From the NCBI GenBank assembly GCA_002358345.1, contig DEOR01000065.1:36305-100304 (forward strand): a stretch of 64,000 nucleotides of DNA, read 5' to 3'. Positions 28,043 through 37,225 of this stretch are shown one piece after another. Position 1 is the first letter of the stretch. Every line of letters begins with the position of its first letter. The notes under the pieces are model-generated. The model was not told the origin of the DNA, did no database searches, and worked only from the letters and a program-made list of their open reading frames with translations. The DNA is from Proteobacteria bacterium UBA3413 (GTDB lineage Bacteria; Pseudomonadota; Gammaproteobacteria; Magnimaribacterales; D2472). The translations under genes were made by a program, and so were the position numbers.

Positions 28043-29469
28043 AGACCTCTTTTTTGACCCAGTCGATCCTGGGCGAATTTAATTTTTGTCATGATCAGCT
28101 CAGAAGTCTGAAAAGAATTTGCTGATAATCCCAATGCAAGCTGAAATTGATTGAGCGCATTCTCAAGGTCACCAAGCAAGAGATAATATTCTCCTTGACT
28201 AAGATGGTACCCAACAATGTTTTTTCCAGCTCTCTGAATTTCTGAAAGCAGCATCCAAAGATGCGGGTCATTGTTTTTTGAGATCAGCAGCTCTCTAAGA
28301 ATCTCCTCAGCTTGAATTGTCTTTTGTTGCGCGCTGAGCACATTAGATTTAATAATTGATGCGGGGTAATTTCCCGGGGAAATATTTAGCACCTTATCAA
28401 TTTGTTGATTGGCCTTATCAAACTTCTGGTCTGCAAGATATATTTCAGATTTAGCCATGTTTAGAATTAAATTTTTTGGATATTTTGTAAGCAATTCTTC
28501 AAGCCGCAATAAAGCTTGAGCAAAGCTACCATTTGATTTGAGCGCTTCAATATATGCATATTGATTCTCATTGGTGGGATTGTCTTGGGTAAGTTTTTCA
28601 AAATACCTGACAGCCGATTGAGGGGGTAACGACACATATCGCGCTTGAAGTCTCCCTTTAATAAATTCAAAATTGATAGTATTTTTCTTTCCGCCTGAGA
28701 ACTCTATTTGACCGGCCGCATTTAATGCATCGCTGACCCTGGAAGAAGAGACAGGGTGCGTTAAAAGAAATTCTGGAGGATTGTCTCCTGCCAGCTTCCC
28801 AATCTTTGCCATGTTCTCAAACATTTGACCCATAGCATGTGGATCATATCCCGCAGTAATTAAGTTATTAAACCCATATCTATCAGCTTCACGTTCAAAT
28901 ATTCGACTATACCTTAACTGTTGCTGGGCCAGGGCAGCTGGGCCGGTCATGAAGGCTGTTGGGTTATTTGAAACAAGAGCTAAGGCTATTGCAGATACCA
29001 TAACGAGCGACGAGGCTAAATTTGTATCTCGCCCCCGCAAGACTCTTCGAGCAAAATGCCTTTGACTTAAGTGAGCTAACTCATGACTAAGCACCGAGGA
29101 CAGTTGAGCCTCATTGTCAGCATTTAAGAATAAGCCTCCATTCACACCAATCACCCCTCCAGGAGCTGCAAAAGCATTTAATGATTTCTCATCGATTAAG
29201 ATGATTGTGAAATCTCGATCTTCAACCTGCGATGATTCAGATAACCTATATATCAGTAACTCTGTATATTCTTGAATAATAGGATCGTTAATTAAAGGTG
29301 CTTGAGCATATACTTGCTCTATAAAACTTTGGCCCAGTAATTTTTCTTGTTCTAGCGATATGACTCCTGAGACTCTATCACCGAGATCAGGTAAATTTAG
29401 GTCTTTTTCTTGTGAAAAAGTAGCTTGAGAAATAAGCATTCCCGCTATAACTAGCAATCTTATAAACAT
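28039..29469 (-). CDS. bepA: M48 metalloprotease with TPR domain, BepA (YfgC)-like
   Basis: 476 aa with a signal peptide and HEXXH (LSHELAHLSQRH). The C-terminus is TPR-rich. It is divergent from perM as in E. coli. Confidence 0.85.
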   Translation of the reverse strand: MFIRLLVIAGMLISQATFSQEKDLNLPDLGDRVSGVISLEQEKLLGQSFIEQVYAQAPLINDPIIQEYTELLIYRLSESSQVEDRDFTIILIDEKSLNAFAAPGGVIGVNGGLFLNADNEAQLSSVLSHELAHLSQRHFARRVLRGRDTNLASSLVMVSAIALALVSNNPTAFMTGPAALAQQQLRYSRIFEREADRYGFNNLITAGYDPHAMGQMFENMAKIGKLAGDNPPEFLLTHPVSSSRVSDALNAAGQIEFSGGKKNTINFEFIKGRLQARYVSLPPQSAVRYFEKLTQDNPTNENQYAYIEALKSNGSFAQALLRLEELLTKYPKNLILNMAKSEIYLADQKFDKANQQIDKVLNISPGNYPASIIKSNVLSAQQKTIQAEEILRELLISKNNDPHLWMLLSEIQRAGKNIVGYHLSQGEYYLLLGDLENALNQFQLALGLSANSFQTSELIMTKIKFAQDRLGQKRGL

Positions 29470-29556
29470 GAGTCTATCTTAGCGTATGTTGTAATGCTTA
29501 CACTATTGATTAATTTCAATTAACATATGGTTCTCTGACAATTTTAACTACGAAAA

Positions 29557-30612
29557 GTGCTAGAAGAAATAAATAATTTGTTTAAAAAGATTTTTTCGAA
29601 TGAGGAGACATTAGTCTTTTCCATATTAGTAATATCTGCCTTTTTGATTTTGTTCTTTCTGGGCAGTATTCTCACACCTTTTCTGATTAGTATCATTTTT
29701 GCATATTTATTAATTGGCATGCAGTCTCGGTTTGAGTCCTATGGACTCAAAAGCTCTATTGCCTTATTCTTAACTTATAGTATTTTTCTCTTGCTCGGGA
29801 TTGCTTTGATGGTGTGGTTAGCTCCTTTGTTATATCAACAACTTCAAGCCATAGTCTTAGAAGTGCCCAAGTGGCTTAGTTCATTTAGGTTGTTTGCGCA
29901 GGACATTCCTGCAAGATATCCTGATTTAGTTTCCTCTGATCAAATCACCGTCTTTCTTGAGAGCTTATCTGGCCAAATATCTACTTTATCCCAAGATTTT
30001 ATTAAAGCTTCAATTGCTGGCATTCAAAATACAGCCACTATTGCTATTAACTTAATTTTGTTGCCCATTCTTGTTTTTTTCTTTCTCTGCGACCGGGAGA
30101 CTATCATCTCCGGGTTTCTTAGCATTCTTCCAAAAGAAAGAAGAATGCTAAAGAATGTTTGGGTGGAAATGGATGAGCAGCTAAGCAATTATGCTCGAGG
30201 CAAGGCAATTGAAATTGTGATTGTTGGTGTTGCTGCTGCAATAATCTTCATATATTTTGATTTAGAGTATGTAGCTTTGCTATCTGTGCTGGTCGGTTTC
30301 TCTGTCTTAATTCCATTTCTGGGCGCTTTTATTGTGACAATTCCTGTCGCGGTAGTCGGCTTGCTTCAACTTGGCCTCACATTTGAATTCTCGCTGCTCA
30401 TGGCTTCTTACCTTGCTCTTCAGATTTTAGATGGTAATTTATTGGTCCCAATTCTTTTTTCTGATGCTGTGAAACTCCATCCTGTAGCAATTATTCTGGC
30501 AGTATTTGTCTTTGGTAGTCTTTTTGGGTTTTGGGGAGTATTTTTTGCAATTCCAATAGCAACGCTGATTAAAGCTATATGGAATGCATGGCCAGCCATG
30601 CTAACTGATTAA
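29557..30612 (+). CDS. perM: AI-2E family transporter (PerM/UPF0118)
   Basis: 351 aa with a GTG start. Polytopic protein with the UPF0118 C-terminal pattern (ILDGNLLVPILFSDAVKLHPVAIILAV). Confidence 0.8.
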   Translation: MLEEINNLFKKIFSNEETLVFSILVISAFLILFFLGSILTPFLISIIFAYLLIGMQSRFESYGLKSSIALFLTYSIFLLLGIALMVWLAPLLYQQLQAIVLEVPKWLSSFRLFAQDIPARYPDLVSSDQITVFLESLSGQISTLSQDFIKASIAGIQNTATIAINLILLPILVFFFLCDRETIISGFLSILPKERRMLKNVWVEMDEQLSNYARGKAIEIVIVGVAAAIIFIYFDLEYVALLSVLVGFSVLIPFLGAFIVTIPVAVVGLLQLGLTFEFSLLMASYLALQILDGNLLVPILFSDAVKLHPVAIILAVFVFGSLFGFWGVFFAIPIATLIKAIWNAWPAMLTD

Positions 30613-30619
30613 ATACAGC

Positions 30620-31093
30620 CTACTTTACTAGCTCCTTCACTGCCTGCAGCACTTCTTTGACATGCCCTGTAACTTTAACGCCTCGCCACTCTGATTTAAT
30701 TTTTCCTTTTTCATCAACTATAAAGGTACTTCTATCAACCCCCATATATTCTTTTCCATACATTGATTTAAGCTTCATCACATCAAATGCTTTGCAGACT
30801 TTTTCGTCTGGATCTGAAAGAAGTTCAAAAGGAAAGCTTTGCTTTGATTTAAAGTTTTCATGAGATTTTATGGACTCTCTTGATACCCCTAATATCTCGG
30901 TATTCATTTTTTTAAATATCTTATAGCTATCTCGAAATTCTTGACCTTCAGTCGTGCAGCCTGGAGTGCTATCTTTGGGGTAGAAATAGATAACAAGATT
31001 TTTTCCTGCAAATGACGCATTAGAAAGAGTTTGATTATTTGTGGCCTCAGCCTTGAATGCTGGGCATTTTTTGCCGAGTAGATTTTTAGCCAT
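30620..31093 (-). CDS. bcp: thiol peroxidase Bcp (peroxiredoxin)
   Basis: 157 aa with the peroxidatic Cys motif YFYPKDSTPGCTTE. Confidence 0.92.
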   Translation of the reverse strand: MAKNLLGKKCPAFKAEATNNQTLSNASFAGKNLVIYFYPKDSTPGCTTEGQEFRDSYKIFKKMNTEILGVSRESIKSHENFKSKQSFPFELLSDPDEKVCKAFDVMKLKSMYGKEYMGVDRSTFIVDEKGKIKSEWRGVKVTGHVKEVLQAVKELVK

Positions 31094-31142
31094 TATTTTT
31101 TATAAAAAAAGTGTATAGTTTCATTTTTTACTGAAAACAAGA

Positions 31143-32042
31143 ATGATGCAACCCCTTCAAGGCAGTTTCGTAGCTTTAGTGACACCGATGCAGGCTAATG
31201 GCAGCCTGGACTATACCTCCCTAGAATCATTGATTGAATGGCATATTGCATCAGGCACTAGCGGCATTGTGAGTGTTGGGACTACAGGCGAATCGGCCAC
31301 TGTATCTGTCACCGAGCATCTTGAGATCATCAACAAAACTATAGAGCTTGTGGACAAACGAATCCCTGTGATTGCTGGGACAGGAGCCAATTCCACTCAA
31401 GAAGCCATTGAATTAACCAAAACTGCCGCATCTTTGGGCGCTGACTATGCCTTGATAGTCACACCTTATTACAATAAACCAAATCAAGATGGCTTACTTC
31501 AGCACTATACTAAAATTGCAGACACGGTAGACATTCCTCAAATTCTATACAACGTTCCATCTAGGACAGCTTGTGACTTAAGGCCTGAGACTGTTGCAAG
31601 TCTTGCAACACATCCTAATATTATTGGAATTAAAGAGGCCACAGATGATCCAATGCGCCTGCGAGAATTAATGTCTATCACTGAAAGGCTCGAGGACCAA
31701 AAATACTTCTCTGTTCTGTCTGGTGACGATCCTACATTTAATTCCTTTATGGCAGAAGGTGGCGATGGGATCATTTCTGTAGCTGCGAATATTCTGCCAA
31801 GTCAAATTGCAAAAATTTGCACTCTAAATCTTGATAAGCAGTTTGATGACGCCAAAGACCTTAATGAGATGTTTTTATCAATCTATGAACTTTTGTTCAT
31901 TGAATCTAATCCAATCCCTGTCAAATGGATGCTTGAAAAAATGAGAAAAATTGATTCAGGAATTAGGTTACCCCTTGTGCCCTTGGCTACTCAGTATCAT
32001 GATGCAATAATCAACGAGATGACAAAATTAAAATTATTATGA
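31143..32042 (+). CDS. dapA: 4-hydroxy-tetrahydrodipicolinate synthase
   Basis: 299 aa with VGTTGESATVS and IGIKEA (Schiff-base Lys) motifs. It is followed by bamC as in E. coli. Confidence 0.94.
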   Translation: MMQPLQGSFVALVTPMQANGSLDYTSLESLIEWHIASGTSGIVSVGTTGESATVSVTEHLEIINKTIELVDKRIPVIAGTGANSTQEAIELTKTAASLGADYALIVTPYYNKPNQDGLLQHYTKIADTVDIPQILYNVPSRTACDLRPETVASLATHPNIIGIKEATDDPMRLRELMSITERLEDQKYFSVLSGDDPTFNSFMAEGGDGIISVAANILPSQIAKICTLNLDKQFDDAKDLNEMFLSIYELLFIESNPIPVKWMLEKMRKIDSGIRLPLVPLATQYHDAIINEMTKLKLL

Positions 32043-33037
32043 AATATATCAGAAATTACCACTTACTCTGCCTAACCCTTTTTTTTAGCTCTTGCTCATA
32101 TATCACTGGTCCAGAAGGCCTCTATCCCGAAACAAAATATCAGTTTTTTGAAGAAGTAGTCAATCCAGAGATTCAATTGGAAAATGAAGATTTTACTGTG
32201 ATTGTAGATGATCATTATCCACCTATGACAGATGGCATTTCCAGTGCCGAAGTTCAAGATATTCCTCCTCCAAGACAAATATTTTCTTCAGGAGAATCTA
32301 ATGAAGTTCAGCTAAGAAGGCTTGGAGAGTTAATGTGGGTTTATATTGAGACTCTTCCCTCTACGGCATGGCCGATTGCCAAGAATTATATAGAAGCCTC
32401 TCCAATGTCCATTCTGAGCGCAGATCCAGATGCTGGGATATTTACGATTAAATACTCCGAAGCATTAAATTTGATTCTTCGGGTTGAGCACGGTATCAAA
32501 GAAGCGTCTACTGAAATATTTTTAAGTTCGCAGACTTCAAATGGTGTATTGAATTCAAACACAGACTCTACATTTATTCAGACAGAGCTTGAAAAACTGG
32601 TTCAGTATTTTGCTAGCTCGGCAGCATCTTTTTCCGGAACATCTCTTGCAGCACAAAGTTTAAATGATAGAAAAAAAGCAAAAATATTTAATTTAAATAA
32701 TAAAACAACCATCCAGCTGGATCTTGGGTTTGATAGGGCTTGGTCTGCCGTTAGCAGAGCTCTATCTGCTGGAAATATTACCTCCAATGATATTGACAGA
32801 GATGGTGGAATTTTTTTAGTTAGTTATTCAGTAGAGTCTGAGGGAAATGGCTGGTTTAATTTTCTAAATTTCGCAGATGATTCAGACCCCAATTCCTTGT
32901 TGCTAAAAGAGCAAGCTGAATTTAAAATTATTCTCAAGACAGCAAATGACCAAACTAATATTGTTGTTGAGTCTCTGGCGGGCTCCCCCGAAGACGCTGA
33001 AGCTCTAATCTCTAAAATTAATGAATTATTAAGCTAA
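32039..33037 (+). CDS. bamC: outer membrane protein assembly factor BamC (NlpB)
   Basis: 332 aa with lipobox LFFSSC. Its position between dapA and purC is conserved. Sequence-level recognition is weak. Confidence 0.7.
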   Translation: MKYIRNYHLLCLTLFFSSCSYITGPEGLYPETKYQFFEEVVNPEIQLENEDFTVIVDDHYPPMTDGISSAEVQDIPPPRQIFSSGESNEVQLRRLGELMWVYIETLPSTAWPIAKNYIEASPMSILSADPDAGIFTIKYSEALNLILRVEHGIKEASTEIFLSSQTSNGVLNSNTDSTFIQTELEKLVQYFASSAASFSGTSLAAQSLNDRKKAKIFNLNNKTTIQLDLGFDRAWSAVSRALSAGNITSNDIDRDGGIFLVSYSVESEGNGWFNFLNFADDSDPNSLLLKEQAEFKIILKTANDQTNIVVESLAGSPEDAEALISKINELLS

Positions 33038-33041
33038 AGCT

Positions 33042-33761
33042 ATGGAAAAACTATTACAAATCACAACCGGTAAGGCTAAGTCTTTATATACAACCTCTAA
33101 TCCTGATCAGTTGATTATGGAGTTTAGGGATGATACATCTGCATTTGATGGAAAAAAGATTGAAGCCCTGGATAATAAAGGAAAGGTTAACAATCAATTT
33201 AATGCGTTTGTCATGGAATTCCTATCTTCCAAGGGCATTGAGACACATTTGATTGAGTTGCTTTCAAGCAATGAGTCACTTGTTTACAAGCTTGATATGT
33301 TCCCAATTGAGTGTGTTGTAAGAAATAGAGCAACTGGTTCATTATGCAAAAGACTAGGTGTTGAGGACGGTCTATTGCTAGATCCTCCATTGTTTGAATT
33401 TTTTCTAAAAGATGATGCCCTAGGTGATCCGTTAATTAATGATCATCACATCGTCTCATTTGGTTGGGCCACTCAAGAAGAGGCTAATTTAATGAGAGAG
33501 ATGACTCTCAAAGTAAATGATCTGCTAGTAGATTTTTTCAAGGAAGCTAACCTCATCTTGGTTGATTACAAGCTTGAATTTGGTATGTTTAAAGGAAAGA
33601 TGCTGTTAGCAGATGAGTTCACTCCAGATGGTTGTCGCTTATGGGACAAAGACACTTTAACAAAAATGGACAAGGATAGATTTCGCCAAGATCTAGGTAA
33701 TGTGATCGAAACTTATAGCGAAGTGGCTGAACGCTTAGGCATGCAAATAAAACTTGACTAA
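33042..33761 (+). CDS. purC: SAICAR synthetase
   Basis: 239 aa with [19 protein letters not shown] and PDGCRLWD motifs. Confidence 0.94.
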   Translation: MEKLLQITTGKAKSLYTTSNPDQLIMEFRDDTSAFDGKKIEALDNKGKVNNQFNAFVMEFLSSKGIETHLIELLSSNESLVYKLDMFPIECVVRNRATGSLCKRLGVEDGLLLDPPLFEFFLKDDALGDPLINDHHIVSFGWATQEEANLMREMTLKVNDLLVDFFKEANLILVDYKLEFGMFKGKMLLADEFTPDGCRLWDKDTLTKMDKDRFRQDLGNVIETYSEVAERLGMQIKLD

Positions 33762-33774
33762 AAGAGTCAGGTAT
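33750..33774 (+). promoter_or_regulatory. IscR type-1 binding site candidate
   Basis: AAACTTGACTAAAAGAGTCAGGTAT matches the E. coli type-1 consensus ATASYYGACTRWWWYAGTCRRSTAT at 23 of 25 positions (hand alignment; mismatches at positions 2 and 15). It ends 14 nt upstream of the iscR ATG and overlaps the purC stop. Confidence 0.6.
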
Positions 33775-33781
33775 TGATAAT
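33754..33781 (+). promoter_or_regulatory. putative sigma70 promoter of iscR (TTGACT-N16-GATAAT), predicts a leaderless transcript
   Basis: The -35 element TTGACT (33754-33759) and -10 element GATAAT (33776-33781) are separated by a 16-nt spacer. The A of the iscR ATG (33788) lies 7 nt after the -10. No Shine-Dalgarno lies between them. Confidence 0.45.
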
Positions 33782-33786
33782 ACCTG
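33768..33786. repeat. perfect 8-bp inverted repeat CAGGTATT-gat-AATACCTG abutting the iscR start codon
   Basis: Read directly from the sequence. The repeat spans the -10 region and ends 1 nt before the ATG. Its function is undetermined (operator, purC 3' hairpin or coincidence). Confidence 0.7.
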
Positions 33787-33787
33787 T

Positions 33788-34222
33788 ATGAATTTCACAA
33801 CAAAGAGTCGTTACGCTGTAAATGCGTTGGCTGATCTTCAATATTTATCCAATCACTCTAACCCAGTAGCCTTAAGAGATATTGCGGTGAGGCAGGGCAT
33901 AGAGCTAAGTTATCTTGAGCAATTATTTCGAAAGTTAAGAATGGCTGGGATAGTAAAAAGTATTCGCGGAAGAAATGGTGGCTATGTGTACGCTGCTGAA
34001 CCGACTCAGATTACCATCAAGTCAATTATGGATGCTGTAGAAGAGAATCTTGATGCCACTAATTGCGCTGGAACTTCAGCCTGTCTGTCTGGAAAGCAAT
34101 GCAACTCCCATCAATTATGGGATGATTTAAATCATGTGGTCGATAGTTTTTTAAGCAAAATATCAATTGCTGAACTGGCAGATTCTCCACACCATCAAAT
34201 TACCATGAAGGAAATACAATAA
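33788..34222 (+). CDS. iscR: Fe-S cluster assembly regulator IscR (Rrf2 family)
   Basis: 144 aa with the Rrf2 wHTH N-terminus ([13 protein letters not shown]). Three-Cys cluster [13 protein letters not shown]. It is the first gene of the isc operon. Confidence 0.9.
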   Translation: MNFTTKSRYAVNALADLQYLSNHSNPVALRDIAVRQGIELSYLEQLFRKLRMAGIVKSIRGRNGGYVYAAEPTQITIKSIMDAVEENLDATNCAGTSACLSGKQCNSHQLWDDLNHVVDSFLSKISIAELADSPHHQITMKEIQ

Positions 34223-35448
34223 TGAGCACTCCGATCAATTTACCCATATATTTAGATTACGCATCTACCACTCCTGTTGATCCTCGCGTGGCCCAAAAAA
34301 TCTGCGATCACTTAACCATAGATGGAAATTTTGGCAATCCCGCATCTCGCTCTCATAAGTTTGGATGGAAGGCAGAAGAAGCGGTAGAGGAAGCAAGATC
34401 TCATGTTGCAAACCTTGTTGGCTGTGATCCACGGGAGATTGTTTGGACATCAGGCGCTACAGAGGCTAATAATCTTGCAATCAAAGGCATTGCAAATTTT
34501 TATCAATCCAAAGGCAAGCACATCATTACATCTAAAATTGAGCACAAGGCAGTACTAGACACTTGTCGACAGCTAGAGCGGGAAGGATTTGAGGTAACAT
34601 ATTTAGAGCCCACAGAAGGAGGCATCATTACAATTGATTCGATTCAAGAAGCAATTAGAGAGGACACAGTATTAATCTCGATCATGCATATTAATAATGA
34701 GCTTGGCACTATTAATGATCTTCAGGGTATAGGAACGTTAGCAAGGGAAAAAGGTATATTTTTTCATGTCGATGCTGCGCAAAGTACAGGTAAGGTTGAA
34801 ATTAATTTGGCTGAACTCCCAGTGGATTTAATGTCATTTTCGGCTCATAAAACTTATGGACCAAAAGGCATAGGGGCACTTTATGTTAGTCGCAAACCCA
34901 GAGTAAGAATTGAAGCGCAAATGCACGGTGGCGGACATGAAAGAGGCATGCGTTCAGGCACACTACCTACACATCAAATTGTAGGTATGGGTGAAGCCTT
35001 TAGGATTGCAAAAGAAGAAATGTTACAAGACACTAAGCGAATTGAATCTCTGCATGATAGATTCTATGAGTCTGTCTCTAAAATTGAAGAAATTTATGTC
35101 AATGGAGATATTTCTAAAAAAGTTGGCAACATATTAAATATCAGTTTTGCCTATGTAGAAGGCGAGTCTTTGATTATGGCTTTGAAAGATATTGCAGTAT
35201 CCTCTGGCTCTGCTTGTACCTCAGCAAGTCTTGAGCCTTCTTATGTACTAAGGGCGCTAGGCAGGAAAGATGAGCTGGCTTCTAGCTCTATTCGCTTCTC
35301 CTTTGGCCGCTTTACAACGGAAGAAGATGTTGATTACACACTATCTCTAATTAATCATGCGGTTGAGCGGCTTAGAGAATTATCCCCATTATGGGAGATG
35401 TATCTTGATGGCATTGATCTTGACACTGTAGATTGGCAAACACACTAA
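34222..35448 (+). CDS. iscS: cysteine desulfurase IscS
   Basis: 408 aa with the PLP-Lys region [17 protein letters not shown], the active-site loop [19 protein letters not shown] and the IscS C-terminal tail. Confidence 0.96.
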   Translation: MSTPINLPIYLDYASTTPVDPRVAQKICDHLTIDGNFGNPASRSHKFGWKAEEAVEEARSHVANLVGCDPREIVWTSGATEANNLAIKGIANFYQSKGKHIITSKIEHKAVLDTCRQLEREGFEVTYLEPTEGGIITIDSIQEAIREDTVLISIMHINNELGTINDLQGIGTLAREKGIFFHVDAAQSTGKVEINLAELPVDLMSFSAHKTYGPKGIGALYVSRKPRVRIEAQMHGGGHERGMRSGTLPTHQIVGMGEAFRIAKEEMLQDTKRIESLHDRFYESVSKIEEIYVNGDISKKVGNILNISFAYVEGESLIMALKDIAVSSGSACTSASLEPSYVLRALGRKDELASSSIRFSFGRFTTEEDVDYTLSLINHAVERLRELSPLWEMYLDGIDLDTVDWQTH

Positions 35449-35464
35449 ATTTTAGGAGAAAAGT

Positions 35465-35869
35465 ATGGCGTACAGCAAAAAAGTAGTTGATAAATTTGAA
35501 AATACCATCAATGAACCAGCAAAATATAATGTTGGTAGATTTGATCCCAAGGAAATGAATGTAGGCACTGGAATGGTGGGTGCGCCTGCTTGTGGTGATG
35601 TGATGAAGCTCCAAATTAAGTGTGAGCGCCAAGGGAACACCCATATTATTAAGGATGTAAAATTTAAAACATACGGTTGTGGCTCTGCTATAGCATCGTC
35701 AAGCGAGCTTGTAGAAATGCTTCTTGGCAGGACGCTTGAGGAAGCCAAAGAAATAAAAAATATTGATATTGTTAATGCGCTTGAGCTTCCCCCCATCAAA
35801 ATCCACTGTTCTGTTTTAGCAGAAGATTCAATTAAACAAGCGATAGAAGACTACGAACAAAAACAATAA
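35465..35869 (+). CDS. iscU: Fe-S scaffold IscU
   Basis: 134 aa with GAPACGDVMKLQI, KTYGCGSAIASSS and LPPIKIHCSVLAEDSI. An AGGAG RBS lies upstream. Confidence 0.96.
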   Translation: MAYSKKVVDKFENTINEPAKYNVGRFDPKEMNVGTGMVGAPACGDVMKLQIKCERQGNTHIIKDVKFKTYGCGSAIASSSELVEMLLGRTLEEAKEIKNIDIVNALELPPIKIHCSVLAEDSIKQAIEDYEQKQ

Positions 35870-35871
35870 GC

Positions 35872-36222
35872 ATGGAAAAATTCTCTGCAGAAGTATTAAA
35901 GTTTTCTGACAAAGCTGTAGCTCACTTCCTATCAAGCATTCAAAATCGTGGTAAAGGCCATGGCGTAAGAATTGGTGTTAAAAAAGCTGGCTGCTCAGGC
36001 TTTGAATATTTTTTTGATTATGTTGATGAGCCACCTGTGACCACTGCTGAGGATGTGATCTTTTTAGAGGGGGAATGCACAATTTATGTCGATTCTGATA
36101 GCCTGAGTTACCTCAAGGGCAGCATGGTCGATTATTCTGAAGATGGTCTCAACAAAGGCATTAAGTTTCACAACCCAAATGCGAAGGCTGTTTGTGGTTG
36201 CGGAGAAAGTTTTACCATCTGA
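35872..36222 (+). CDS. iscA: A-type Fe-S carrier IscA
   Basis: 116 aa with a HesB/IscA pattern: the first Cys in KKAGCSGFEY and a C-terminal CGCGESF. Confidence 0.9.
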   Translation: MEKFSAEVLKFSDKAVAHFLSSIQNRGKGHGVRIGVKKAGCSGFEYFFDYVDEPPVTTAEDVIFLEGECTIYVDSDSLSYLKGSMVDYSEDGLNKGIKFHNPNAKAVCGCGESFTI

Positions 36223-36223
36223 A

Positions 36224-36562
36224 ATGGCGACCATTAAATTACTTCCTCATTCTGAGCTTTGCCCAGGCGGGGCTGAGTTTGAAACCAGAGCAGATGAATC
36301 AATATGTGAGGCCGCTTTAAGAGAGGGTATTAAAATTGAGCATGCTTGTGAGATGTCATGTGCATGCACAACTTGCCATATAATTGTTCGAGAAGGTTTT
36401 TCAGAGCTGAATGATGCCTCTGAAACAGAGGAAGACATGCTTGATAAGGCTTGGGGGCTTGAGCCTAATTCACGGTTAAGCTGCCAAACTTTTCCGATAG
36501 AAGGTATTTATACTGTTGAATTACCAAAATACACAATTAATCAGGTGTCTGAAGATCATTAA
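36224..36562 (+). CDS. fdx: [2Fe-2S] ferredoxin Fdx (ISC-type)
   Basis: 112 aa from ATG 36224. The ORF-track start at 36143 is an out-of-context extension overlapping iscA. Cys ligands lie in CEMSCACTTCH and SRLSCQ. Confidence 0.9.
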   Translation: MATIKLLPHSELCPGGAEFETRADESICEAALREGIKIEHACEMSCACTTCHIIVREGFSELNDASETEEDMLDKAWGLEPNSRLSCQTFPIEGIYTVELPKYTINQVSEDH

Positions 36563-36564
36563 TT

Positions 36565-36765
36565 ATGGAATATAAATGGTCTGACATCTTAGATATTGCA
36601 ATAGATTTGAGTGAGACTTATCCTGAAATAGATGCTCAGTGGATCAGTTTTCCTGATTTACACCATAAAATATGCTCCTTAAAAAATTTTAATGATGACC
36701 CATCATCCTCTAATGAAAAAATACTTGAAGCAATTCAGATGGCATGGATGGCTGAATCAGACTAA
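36565..36765 (+). CDS. iscX: Fe-S assembly protein IscX (YfhJ)
   Basis: 66 aa, acidic. It follows fdx, and the W-x-D-I...DP pattern is typical of IscX. Confidence 0.8.
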   Translation: MEYKWSDILDIAIDLSETYPEIDAQWISFPDLHHKICSLKNFNDDPSSSNEKILEAIQMAWMAESD

Positions 36766-36801
36766 CTCACATATAATGTCGCAAAATTCAGGAGTAATCT
36801 T

Positions 36802-37221
36802 ATGCCACTAGAAAAAACACTTTCCATTATCAAGCCAGATGCAACAGGTAAAAATGTGATCGGAAAAATTATAGATCGTTTCGAATCTAACGGACTGAAA
36901 GTTGTTGCAGGCAAATTAATTCAAATGAATGAATCAAAAGCTGCAGGTTTTTATGCAGAGCATAAAGAAAGACCATTTTTTCCAAGCCTCGTTGAATATA
37001 TGACCTCTGCTCCAGTGTTTGTCCAAGTTCTAGAGGGAGAAAATGCTGTGCTTAAGAATAGAGAGCTCATGGGCGCAACCAATCCAAGCGAGGCAGAGCC
37101 TGGAACAATCAGGGCTGACTTTGCAGAAACCATTGATGCCAATGCTGTGCATGGGTCTGATTCCGCAGAAAGTGCAGCAAGAGAGATTAACTACTTCTTT
37201 GAAGCTAGCGAAATCTTTTAG
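36802..37221 (+). CDS. ndk: nucleoside diphosphate kinase
   Basis: 139 aa with [11 protein letters not shown] and the active-site NAVHGSDS. Confidence 0.96.
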   Translation: MPLEKTLSIIKPDATGKNVIGKIIDRFESNGLKVVAGKLIQMNESKAAGFYAEHKERPFFPSLVEYMTSAPVFVQVLEGENAVLKNRELMGATNPSEAEPGTIRADFAETIDANAVHGSDSAESAAREINYFFEASEIF

Positions 37222-37225
37222 TTGA

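Noticed and set aside
35452-35799. 115-aa minus-strand ORF antisense to iscU. Similar shadow ORFs of 60-125 aa lie at 20738-21115, 27265-27636, 13003-13332, 43435-43761, 52738-53097, 45672-45986 and 56615-56956.
   Set aside because: Each lies entirely inside a strongly supported conserved gene, on the opposite strand or in another frame. None has a recognisable motif. I treat them as shadow ORFs.
36143-36223. ORF-track N-terminal extension of fdx (start 36143) overlapping iscA by 80 nt.
   Set aside because: The extension reads the iscA 3' end in another frame. Ferredoxin homology begins at MATIKLLPH (ATG 36224).
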